From Marsupella aquatica (Eukaryota; Plantae; Marchantiophyta), in contig OZ316895.1 of the NCBI GenBank assembly GCA_973895155.1, forward strand, positions 24,433,538-24,497,537: 64,000 nucleotides of DNA. The letters run 5' to 3'. The translations under genes and the position numbers were made by a program. Under the pieces are notes generated by a model. The model did no database searches. It was not told the origin of the DNA and saw only the letters and a list, made by a program, of their open reading frames with translations. Of the stretch, positions 38,001-49,525 are shown one piece after another (the stretch's first letter is position 1; each line of letters begins with the position of its first letter).

Positions 38001-38138
38001 TGCTAGCCATTGTCGTGGAGTGAAGAATTGTTGCTCTTGAAAGAGACGGACAGGGATTGGGGCCATCTACGGAACCAATCCCTGTCTCTTTCAAGATTGA
38101 GCTATTATTATTTACTCTAAGAAGATATATTGTTAGCA
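38001..38138 (+). other. Long imperfect fold-back (pre-miRNA-like or foldback-element relic) upstream of MTPSL
   Basis: TCTTGAAAGAGAC(GGAC)AGGGATTGG (38035-38060) pairs with CCAATCCCTGTCTCTTTCAAGA (38075-38096), and 38013-38034 pairs with 38101-38122 using G:U pairs. Confidence 0.55.
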
Positions 38139-41100
38139 TATTGATTTAAGATATCTGGCACTTTGTGGATATGATGTATTTAGCGAGCGTAGATTGGAGT
38201 TCCGCCTAGCTTGAGGCGCTCTAGATCTTCGCCTTGGCTAGTATGTCCAGGAAAATTCAACGTCTCTCAAGTGGTTGCCGCAGCCCTTATAGTGTTCCTC
38301 GACATTTCTCCTTCAATCTCATAAAAGCTCTGATTAACTCAAAGAGATTTCAGACTTGATCCTTACAAATCCTTACCGCTTGTCGTCAGCGTTGTGGCAG
38401 CTTTCCCTAGAGTTTTAGCACTAGGGAGAGAAAGCACAGCAAAGACAAAGTTAATGTTCATCCCCATCGAGACAGAGTTTAGGCCGTTGGACAGACTGAA
38501 GTTAGATGAGATCACAGCTCGGGCTAGTCATGGCTCCCTTACAGAGCAGGAAAGGTACGTATACTGGGGACTAGTTGGATCACTCAGATGGTTAGATGGG
38601 ATCACGAGAACCACCAGAAAATGCAAAACGGGCTAGACTCTAGAGATAACTTACTGGAGAGAGCCCGAGACGGTATGATCTGGTTCGAGACGGAGTCTGT
38701 TCAATAGCTTGAGAATTGGACAAACTAAACTTAAAATTTCTCGACACAAAACTTAGCATTCCTGGGTCACGGTCGTACTATTACCGTACGAATCTAACAT
38801 GATCGTCACTTATCCATTGTTGAAATGACTCGTTCCTTTTCATGAAGAACGTACAGAAAATGTTGCCAAAAATTCATTTCAAACAATTGTATATATATCA
38901 GTTGAAATATGCATTTTCTAATTGCGTGTTAGGAGACGTAGAATTTTTCTACGGGTCACTTTCGCTCCACCGGGTCCTGCATGTGATTAAGGGGCGGCAG
39001 ATAAGCGCACTCTCGCGATCAGACTACGACGCCTTCAAGACTCTGATGACTAGATATTTTAATAAAAAATGATTCAATGCAGACACGACCTCGATGACTC
39101 GCATAATTTATTGAAGAACAGAAACATTTAGCTGTGGACCATTGCATGTATATTAAAAGGCCGAATATGCGGGCGAATATGACATTCGCTTAGTGCTCTT
39201 TAGGCCCACCATAAGATACCTTTCTCGAGGCATTGGGTAAATTTTGAAGCGGATAGTGTACCTTTCTAGAATGGCGAAAAGATAATCTACAATGGCGAAA
39301 GTATAATCTGTGACTCCAAGGACAATGTCCTTTATGTGCTAAATCTTGCCTGTTTTGGCTCCTTCTGCAGTAAATTGACCTGACTGTGACAATCACACAG
39401 GTAGCTGATACAAATGCTATCAGAAAGAGCCTGCGAGAATTACTTTGAGATGAGGGTGATATCAAACAGAACAAAATCTTTGCACTTGGAGTGCTCAGGA
39501 GGTAAGTGGGCGCCTGCATGTACGTGTCCATTCGATCAGGAGTATGGTGTATAACTTCACACTACATTTATACACCAGGCCCGTGACCAAAGCTATGTGG
39601 TCACAATAGTCTGAACGTACTAATAGACGAATATATTATTTTTACATTAGATAAGATTTCATCATTTGACAACAAGCATCAGCATCGCCTCCGCCAGATC
39701 GAACCTGCCTAAGTGTTTCGATAGCGTACGACGAACCCTACAGAAGTGTGAATTGTTCTGTCAGATTACATATGAGAAGAGTGATACCTTGTCTTGAAAA
39801 GAATCAGTCAGATCAATTCTATGAATACAACAAAGATAGTCGCAATATTTTCTCCGAGTGCGTACGTGCACGATCACAATTAATCTTTGATATAGCTTCA
39901 ACCATGCATCACTTACGGAGACACTACTTACGGATAAAACCTGGACGATCGAGCCACGTACATGATAAGAAGTCGCGATACTAACACCCGGAGAAACTAA
40001 TTTAAGCGAATAACGTAATTAAGGTGTGCCCACAGTTCGATACATAGTGAACATAGATATATTCCTGGTCGCTTGTCAGTTGAGAATGCTACTGATAGGA
40101 ATTTGGAGTATGGGGATAATGCTGTGATGGAAATATTTCGGCGATAAGGGTGCTACTGTGATAGATATCTCCAGATGTGTGCATACCCGCATTTGAAATT
40201 CTGTATGATTTAATGCAGAAAGGTCGATCGTTGTGTAACGTTATCTCTTCACATACACGAACTGGACAATCAATGACAATCTAGTAGAATATTAACGGGA
40301 AATTTCGCAGCAATTAGCTGAAAACCAAGGTAAGCATTCAGTCTTTTGTACTTCGTACCAGCTCCTCTGACTTGATATAGACTCAGGCATGAGCTCCTAC
40401 AATCGAAGCTCATGCCTGAGACTATTTACGCTCCTTCCCTGCTATACTGCGATTGTTCTAATTGCCAATTTTCCAAAATCCACGGACTTTGTTCATACCA
40501 CCGACTTCATATCAATTCCTGAGATGGCTAAGGAAAGAGGTTGATAATGTGTAATGTACTAATGGCCGGAGTGTTGACAGTTATTTCGTTTTACTACGTT
40601 TCTGAGAATCAGACAAATATTGTTTACAGGCGTCTGCCTCAACTTTTGTTTCAAATATATGCGAACAGCCTACTTTACAATTTAAGAATCAAATTTGGCG
40701 CTCTCTTCTGTAAGAAGAAAGGGGTTGAAGGCAACAAATGAAGAACATCTACTGTATATTTTCAGGAAAATCAATTCGAGGAAAGAGTGCCCTCTACTTT
40801 CGAAAAGCCTGGACGGACCTTCACTTTGACTATGAAGCCCAGATGACTAGCAAAAGCTTGGATGGACTTGCTCAAACCATTTGACTTGATTCAGATAACA
40901 ATGTTTACACTTTTTGCTTAAAATGTGACATCTAAACCATCTTCTTATGTGGAGCTGATTTCAACTACATTAGCTAACCGGTTTACTAGATAACTTGAAT
41001 GACTACTGGACAACTTTGAACCTTCTTGCTGTTTTCAATTACACTACCAGTTTCAACTACATTACCTAACTAGTAGGAGTTGTTTGCTTGACCCTCCCAT

Positions 41101-41777
41101 GCATTACTTATCTAGTAGGATTCCTTTGCTTGACCTTCCCATACAGTTCACACGGGAGCTATATGGACACTCTCGTTAGTTTGCTGATCAATAGGCTTTG
41201 GGATCTTGGTTTTTGGGTCTCTGGTAGTTATTTGTTTCTTTGATTTCTTGTTTTTCTTGGCCCCTTGTGGTCCCCCCTTGATTGGGTCTTTTGCCTGAGC
41301 TCCCAATTTGGCACCATTTGGTTTTTGGCAGTTTGATATATATATATAAGGTAACTTGAAAAATGTCAAGACATGAGTTGACAACCTTGAACATGAAAGG
41401 AGTCAAGAAATCATGTCATCATTCAGGATCACCATGACATGTTTAATACCCTAAGATAGTCAAAGTTGAACTACAATCCGCAACTTTTACTTTTTCTTTG
41501 GGGTGTAAAAATGAAGTTAAACGTCCAAGGAAATGCAGTCCGGTCCATGGGGATCGGCAAAGGACGTCTAGGTCCATCGGGGATTTGGTTTGGCCTACTT
41601 TCCCAACAAGCAACAACAATGAACCACCAAAACCAAACTAAAACAGTACGTCTTAAGCTCATACTGAAAATAATTGACGATTTACAACCAACGACCATTC
41701 AGCTCTTCAGTCGGTGAATTCACTATTTTGCTGCCAACGTCCATCTATAGTAGTGCGAGGAGAGGTGGAATTGAACG

Positions 41778-41880
41778 ATCTGAATCTCATAATTAAAGAT
41801 CGTACTCACTATGTAACAATCAAAATCATGATCTGAATCTCATAATTAAAGATCGTATTCACTGTCTAACAATCAAAATC
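41778..41880. repeat. 52-bp tandem duplication
   Basis: GATCTGAATCTCATAATTAAAGATCGTA.TCACT.T.TAACAATCAAAATC twice. Confidence 0.9.
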
Positions 41881-43509
41881 CTGAAGGACAGACCGCAATC
41901 ATGACAATAATTAGACATACCGATAACCGACTGAGGAGGAAGCTGGATCCACACAGTCAAGTTTTACACTAAAGTAAGTCTCTAATACCCCAAGCAATTA
42001 ATTTAGCTGGTTCGAATGCGACATGGACCATAGATTCTAGCTCGCCATCACAATGGATCTTAGTAACTTGTAACTAACTTCGTTTGAATCCTGAACTTCT
42101 CCGGCCGGCGGATTAATTAAGTGATGTAATACCCGAGCGGAGAGGTCTGTGACAGTAATGGTGGATATTCGTCCTGTTCTCCAGCAAGGAGGTATTGGAA
42201 TATATATTATTCTCCAGCAAGGAGGTAATGGAATATATACTTTCATCATGAAGAATCAATTGGATGTACACATGCTCTCGCTTGTGAACCATGTTAAGAT
42301 TCTTGTGAGAGAATAAACCTGTCCGCTTGGTCCCCCGAAGATGAAAATTTCTTAGTTTAAATTGGTTACTTAGATCGTCCTCTTGTTCTTTGACCACCTA
42401 GTCTGGATCTCTCGTCTGCAATGTACTCCGTGGATGATACCCTAGCCTGTCCTTCGAATTTGATATCTTTCAGATATTCCCAACCACTGGCAAATCAAAT
42501 GCTGATTCGTGAAAATGGCTTACTCCAAATTGCTTTATAGGATAAATGTTAATTTTCCCGACTTGTCTTCTCCGAAAATAACGTAGTGAAGTCATGAAAG
42601 TGGTCAACCACGTGGGTCATTATAGTCATTTTTGTACACAAATTGCACTCTCTCCAGACTCGAAGAAGGTTAATTTACGGTGATTAGATCCCAGGTGCCC
42701 TCCAACGGCGACGGATGAGTCACGACAATGGTAACATTCCTGCTTTGCGGAGGTTAATTAGCCGAATTGTGAGATAGAAATCCTACAGATTGTTTGTCTT
42801 CGTTTGGTTTGATCCATCCCATGTCTCGGGTCGTTAGGAACGTTCTGGGTCGTTTGTCCTAGTGGGCTGGGTGCCTCCTTTCAGATTTTCTTGTTTCCAA
42901 AAATCAATTGAAGTTTTTAACATCTATAGATAAATTTATTAAGAGAGAACCGTGTATTTCTAGCGTTTTAACCTTCCACACAATCTTACTACAACTTCAT
43001 TTTTTCTTTCAGGTTAATATATGGTGCATTCCTCGCGTAACTTTAATTAGCAGGTTGCGTCTTAAACCCTTACAATCTCCAAGTACATTCGTTCTGACAG
43101 CTTAGATGGTCACATTCCTCGTGTACCTTTTGCAACTTTTGTATCCCGAATCGATCGTCAAGAAGCCTGTTTTACGTCATTTCTTATAATAAACATACCG
43201 TTTATCCGGCAATCCATGACCTTCACGTTTCATCACGATTGTAAAGCCCGTTGTAAAGGTCTACTGTGTGGAGATTACACTTATCTGTCACCTGTCCATT
43301 GAAATGTCTATGGTTTCCTTAAGTTTACACAGTATTCTACGTCGTCGAGGCTGTTCGTCAGGAACTTCATCGTCCCCCTGCTGCCGCCTGCAAACACTGT
43401 GAGCAGTTATCCCGATAAGAGATCCAGATGCCTTCAATTCTCAATCGCAGAAAACTATCCCTCCAATTGTCAAGTTATGCTTGGATTTAGATTTCTCAAA
43501 TAGAAATGT

Positions 43510-44389
43510 TTGCAATTGAAGATCAAGGATTAGAGTTCTTTATTCAACTGTCAAACCTTGGTTTCGATAACAGTTTCGTGGGGAACTTTTTTTGTGTCCC
43601 CTGCCATTGCTCGGGTGTCGTTTTGCAGCTTAGCAATAACTGAGTTAGTGGTGAGTGTACTGCAGAGTGTAACTGGACGCTCATTGAAGGGCCTTAACAT
43701 TTGCGTTTGACTTTGCGTATAAGTTGCAGCCGAGATTGTTCCGCCTTTGTCATGTAAGTTTACTGCTGTAGCTAGGTTAGATCGCGGCCCAGATCGCGGG
43801 GAGAATGTTAGCCCTGATGTTGAATATATCGAGTGCGTTGAAAATGGAAAGGTTGAAGAGCCAAGCATATATAGAATCCTTCAGCATTACCATGCTACCT
43901 AGTTCTTCCATCTAGGTTGCAGTGGCCTCGACGCAAATTTCAAGTGCTAAGCTCCACCTGTAGATACAGACACTTGCTGTTCGTCCCTCAGGGGTCCCTC
44001 TCAAACTGCTACCTCAGGCTTGAAAAACCGACGATATTCCTCCATAACTATTTGGTGTCTTTGCTTGGCAAAATGTTCAAGAGTTGGAAAGACCTGGCTG
44101 CCTCAGTATCACCTGGCTCAGGCAACATGGGAGGATCACCAAAACCTGGTGTAGGACATCCTCTGTATCTATACAAAAAACACATTCAATTTAATTTCAA
44201 TTCTGACGAGATATAGCTCTCATAAGCTCATGGAAGAATGTATGGAACTTTGAGCAATTAGAGCTTTCTTTTCTTGTACAGATTTACATCATAACTGCTC
44301 ATATCCATGCTATCAAATTGAAATCCCTGACTTTTCGGACTATGGGCCCCAGACAAGAATAAACGTCGTCAAAAGGATAAAACTAAAAT
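43510..44389. repeat. Block X: diverged paralog of 58617-59370, in inverted orientation
   Basis: For example CATGCTATCAAATTGAAATC, CCTCTGTATCTAT.CAAAAA.CACATTCAAT and TAGTTCTTCCATCTAG each have a reverse-complement match in 58617-59370, in colinear order. Confidence 0.85.
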
Positions 44390-44559
44390 GTTGATGATTG
44401 ACGACCATGTGCAGAGTAACGGAATCAGGGGTTGGAGATTATAAGGCATTGCTTTTGGGTTGACCTCGGTCAGAGTGCGCAGCCTACCAATTGCAAGGAG
44501 CACGATGTCAGCAGATGCTACATAAATCCAGCTCAGTTCTCTCCCTCTCTTTCACAACA

Positions 44560-45780
44560 ACCAAATCCCAATTCTGTTCCCTGAGAACTCTCAAACGTCT
44601 ACAAAGATGTAGAAGTATGTTCTTTGAGTTTTGAGCCCGATTAATTTAAAGCTGAATTACTGTACTAAGATCATGTCGAGCGCCGGTTTGATATCCCTGC
44701 GGTTCTCAGTCTTCGTGATATTGAGTCAGTTGAAACAGATTCACCACCATGACAATTATTGGAACTCGATCGGTTAAAGCAGCTATATTGCGCCATTCAC
44801 TGTACACTGGAAGTGAACAGCTGGTTCGCTGACGACGAAGACTTGAATTACTTTGATTAAGACACGGTCTTCAAGGCCGTCAAGCCAAAGGCATCACTTG
44901 TGCAAATGCAAGTCGCTTGTGATCGAAGATTCGTGACTTAAGCATGAGAACTCGTTGGATCACACGTTGTCCCACTATTCATACGTGCAGAAACCATTTG
45001 CGTGACCTCGTGTGTGACGATCATGGACCACTCCGTAAATTACGCCACTCCAAAGTCCCTTAATATACATCTGATGGTCATGATCACGGCCGGATTACAT
45101 CCGCTCCGGACTCCCCAGGACTCCGCGAGGTGTGAAAGTCGTCATATATTCACTGTGCCATTTAGTACAGGTGTAGTAAAATTGTTCTAGGATTCCCTTA
45201 GATACTGAAGAGCTCAAGCTACGGCGGTGGCCTGGAAGGCTGGAACCCAAGCTTTTCCTTACCACTTCAGCCGCATCTCTCATATATGAGTGTCCGCTAT
45301 TGCCCTGTGCACCAATACAAATAGACGATGTCGTAAAGGCGCAAAGTGTGGTGCTGGCCGCATCGAAGGTATCCCCGCAGATCACGGCTTCTAATGGACG
45401 TAACGGTCGTCGCTTCATCATCAGTCTATATATGTCTGGGTCGTTTGCAAATCGAGCAACGGCGTGCTGCTTCGTAGAGACATAAACTCAGGCAACAACG
45501 AGAATCTTCACGAAGCTACTCGAAGCTGGGCAGCGCTCAGGTCCTCAGTTAGTTTTTAAATTTTACGGGTCGGGTCCTCGACAACCCTTTAATTTGGTTT
45601 TTGAAGTGAGAATTTGCAATCACAAATATGGGACGATCGACGTCAAAACCCAGAGTGGACCATGGAGGTCACCAGTGGTGAGCTCTTGCCAACGAAGATA
45701 CCTCCACAACCCATTTGTCATCGATCATCCCACACTCACTGTTCCTTGTCTTCAACATCCCAGCCTCCCCACACCCGCGC
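44560..45780. repeat. Block Y: diverged paralog of about 62395-63880 (direct orientation), with a third partial copy at about 46110-46990
   Basis: Colinear shared blocks CTGAGAACTCTCA, GAAACCATTTG.GTGACCT.GTGTGTG.CGATCATGG, CTCCAAAGTCCCTTA, TAACGGTCGTCGCTTCATCATCAGT, GAGTGGACC.TGGAGGTCACCAGTGGTGAG and TCCCAGCCTCCCCACACCCGCG. Confidence 0.88.
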
Positions 45781-48427
45781 ATTAGGGGCTCTCAATGGTG
45801 ACATTATTGCCTCAAACAGCCAGCCTCGAACTACTGTAGGTTCGAAATGGCTGCGTTGCAGTTGATACAGAGACTGAGGCCGGGGTTCATGAGGAGGTGA
45901 CTGTCCGGAGATTTTCTCGTCTGGCATAGCATGAACAGAAAAGGCACAGGCCAGGCTGTAGCCTAGACCTGAGGCTTGGGACAAAAATCATCAGACGCTA
46001 GGCTGATCGAGGCTCGGGACGAGGACCAGCCGTCATCCGAGGCAACACGCAGTACATCAACACACAGTACGTTGCTGAGAAACAAGTTTATGAACGAACT
46101 GAGAGCCATCATTCGTCTTTGTTTCTAATGGACAGTAATCGTCAAGGCGCGCCGCATAGCTTCATCTGAGAAGCCATGATTTATCATCGGCCCGATCATC
46201 GGTCTACATCCGTTTGCAGATCGAGCGTGCTCCTTCATGTAGACATGCCAGACTCTAGGGCTTTACAGACTAAGGCAGGCACGCACGTCTTCTACACGGG
46301 AAAGGGGGTGCCCCACAACAACAATCTTGTGTCCTCCCCGCAAAGCTCGTCCCAGACCACGTGCAGTATCGGGTCCTCCAGATCGATAGTAATTTTTCAG
46401 GTTTTTCCATCTTCGCCAGTGTGGCGACGGTCACCTAGTCTGAAGTAGAAGCCCTCACTGTGAATATTCATTATCTAGTTTTCCTAGATCACTTTCTGAC
46501 CCTCAGATCACCCTAAATTTAAGTGTGACTCAAATTCTGGCTCATTGGGTCGGTGGCTAGCTGGGAAACTAGCTAATGGAAGCAAGAAAGCAAATTCTTG
46601 TGAATTTTGACCACGAGAAAGAGCGCTCCACAGCACTTTAATTTTGGTTTTTGACTTGAAAATTGTTATTACAGTTCATAGTAACAGACAAGGCAGTCCA
46701 CACGGAACGGTAGCGAATGTCACATTTTGTGAAGGAGAAGCGAGACAACATGTCTTGCCAATTTTAGAGGGTGGAGTTTTCCATGAAGTGCGGCATATTC
46801 TTGCCACTAGTTATAAAGAAACTGCTGGTCACCAGTGAACAGTGCTGAAGTCTGGCTAATGAAGGTACCAGCGCCACAACCCATTTACAGTTCTAATTAC
46901 TATACATGCACCTCCCATACTGTTCCTTGTCTTGAACAGTTCAATTCAACATCCAAGGCTCTCCACACGCGCACTGGGACTCAAGGTGGCTTCGACGAGA
47001 AGTCGGGCACCTGTGACATGTTTCCAGATAGCAAAACTGGAGGACCATTTTTGTTCTAGTAATAAACTCTAGACCAAAGATTTTTTGAAATGAATTTCAA
47101 TAACTGCAAATCTTTTCATCCATTAATGGAGACCATTTGCTTGGAACTTGGAATATTCAACATTCTGAGTTACTTTGCTATGGAGGAAAATGCTTTATGT
47201 ACGTCAACTGTCACCGCCAGCACCTTCGTTTACAAGTTTAATATTAGGTTGGATAATGCATTTCCTGCCCCAACACCCCCAAATCTCATGCTCAGGATAT
47301 TGGAGATTGAATGCTGCCACTGTTCCTTTCGTAGGCCCACATTCCAAGAAATAGCGTGACCAGTACTCCTATCCCATCATTTATGTCTGTGGCCAAAGTG
47401 AGCTGCCTGGACAGTCCCCTCCGGCTTGCTTAACAGTTATCCTGTGTGAGTAGCATTTCCATCGTTATAGCTTTTGCCTGGACATGCAATTCCATTCAGA
47501 CTCCACAAAATTGGTTATTGAAATTGGGGCACTCTAAGGTTTCATTAAAACACGTCATAATTATCAAAGGCTGGGATGGTCGTTACAGAATCAAGCTGGT
47601 GGTCAAGTGGGGGACGGGTGGGCTTAGAGCCCTTCCATTCCATCTAAACGTAAGACAGTCACAGGGGTATTGGCAATGAGTGGGCAAACCACACAAATTT
47701 TGTGCGCTACGAGATTAATATGTTGCCGTCTATTGAAACGTTAACATAGTCCTTGGCTATGGCTCCAGGACCCTCTTCTGCTGGGACATGTCCTTCCTGG
47801 ACATGAACTTCGTTTGGGCCGAAGTGTAGCAATTATTACATAGCTTGTGCTTCCTACAGTTACTCCGGTAGATGCCCGATTCCTTGGTCAAAGACTCGAC
47901 GCTTTCCTTGTAACCGGGTCCAGTTGGCTTTTGGAAAATATTGAACAATTATGGTAGCAAACTTATCCAGCGAAACAGCCTGCCATGATCATGTCAGCGT
48001 TCCAAAGGCTCCTTGTTGACTCAATGTTCATGTCAAATTGACACGAAAGAACAGCAATCTGTGAAGGGTGCGTGTGTCTATACAAGTATCAAGTGTACAA
48101 GATGCCGATTATCATCCTTAGAATATGGAATTGAATATAGTCTTCTTCATCACATGGCAAGCATCGAAATCTGGGCAGATTATTAGGCAACGCCCTCAAG
48201 AACACCCTCAAGAACATGACATGGGGCCGGAAGCAGTTGTCTCCAACAGTAGTTTCTGAATGACAGTGTCCATCATTATTATGCCTTAGAGTTCAACTGT
48301 TGTAGTTGACTCTGGGTGTTATCCAGGCTGGCTAATAATTATCACCTACATAATTATCGCTTACAGTGAGAGGATGCTTAATAAACTTATGGGTTTTCTT
48401 GTCCTCAATAAACAAAAAACCTGGTAC

Positions 48428-49525
48428 TACCATTAATCTTCCCCCAACACAAGGCCCGGGCGCTATATTCGAATAGTGAGCCAAGGAGCGCTCTATTCGA
48501 TTATAGCGCGCAGGACACTGTGTTCGAGTTTGAAGTTAATGTTTTCATGTTTTGGACTTGTGAGGCTGTGTTTGAAATGTGGCATTGTGTTCAAAATGTG
48601 ACGTTGTGTTCAAATTTAAGGTAATGTGCTCTGGAATGTGCTTGAATTTTGGCATTGTGGGATGCATGTACGGTGTAAGTAGGAATGATAGGCATAGAAG
48701 TTATGTGTATTAGAGAGGAGTGTGTTCAAGTTTAGGTTTTTTGACTTCCCAACAATATTTGCTCAGGCCAAAGGATGTGTAGCTAAATAATTGAACCACT
48801 GAAATTACACAAGGGGAGAAATCAAATTTGCAATAGAAAACAAAACCTGACAAACTATACTTACCAAGTTAGTGTACTATTATCACTTAGTAAAACATAT
48901 TCTTCCACTTTTCACAGTTGTTTGGTTTACTGTGGCCAATTTGCTCATTTCCATTATTTAATCTTTCTTCATGTACTCTGGAAGTTTTGTCAGACTGCTT
49001 TGTTTCTATTGGAGTGCCTCTATCTTGAGGGCAATGGAAAATTGGAAATAGAGAAAATGAGTTGTCAGACCTAATTATGCAAATAGGCACTATGGGTTTC
49101 TTTGACGAGACGTCGTGGTGTCAGGCAGAGGTTGATGTGAATTTTCGTTGAAAGTTCACACAGAAGAAGAATATATCAATACTTCTGGATTGCTGCTTGA
49201 CATTTTGGAAACAGCGCACACTTCTTCAAGAATGAAGGATTTTGAAATTAGGTTACATTTCTTAAAGGAAGGTGGATTTCGTAAGTTGAAAGAATAGATG
49301 TGTGAAACTATTTTAAGTAACGTATTGTAGTTGCAACCCGGTTACCTTTCTCCTATAATAGTCACTTGTGCACATTTTTTAACACAAAGTCAATTTCAAA
49401 CACAGCGCCCGGGTGCTGTGTTCATATGGTGTTGTGTTGAGTGAAAACATCTTTTTTGCCTAAAGTCCCTGCTTTGACCATATTTGAACACAGTGCCTGG
49501 GCACTGTGTTCGGGGGAAGACAGTA
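48428..49525. mobile_element. Non-autonomous TIR DNA transposon, pogo/Tigger-like
   Basis: Imperfect inverted termini of about 40 bp: TCTTCCCCCAACACAAGGCCCGGGCGCTATATTCGAATA (48437-48475) versus the reverse complement of 49481-49520, TCTTCCCCCGAACACAGTGCCCAGGCACTGTGTTCAAATA. The right end reads CAG-TA, and subterminal palindromes of the AACACAG...CTGTGTT type occur near 49400-49421 and 49486-49511. The superfamily assignment is an inference. Confidence 0.6.

Noticed and set aside
37705-38139. 144-aa ORF upstream of MTPSL
   Set aside because: It runs across the fold-back and the probable TATA box and has no recognisable motif.
47150-47300. LINE reverse transcriptase motifs on the minus strand (VDVHKAF; GVGAGNALSNLILNL)
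   Set aside because: The two look-alike motifs are in the wrong order for an RT and are separated by a stop, so they are probably coincidental.
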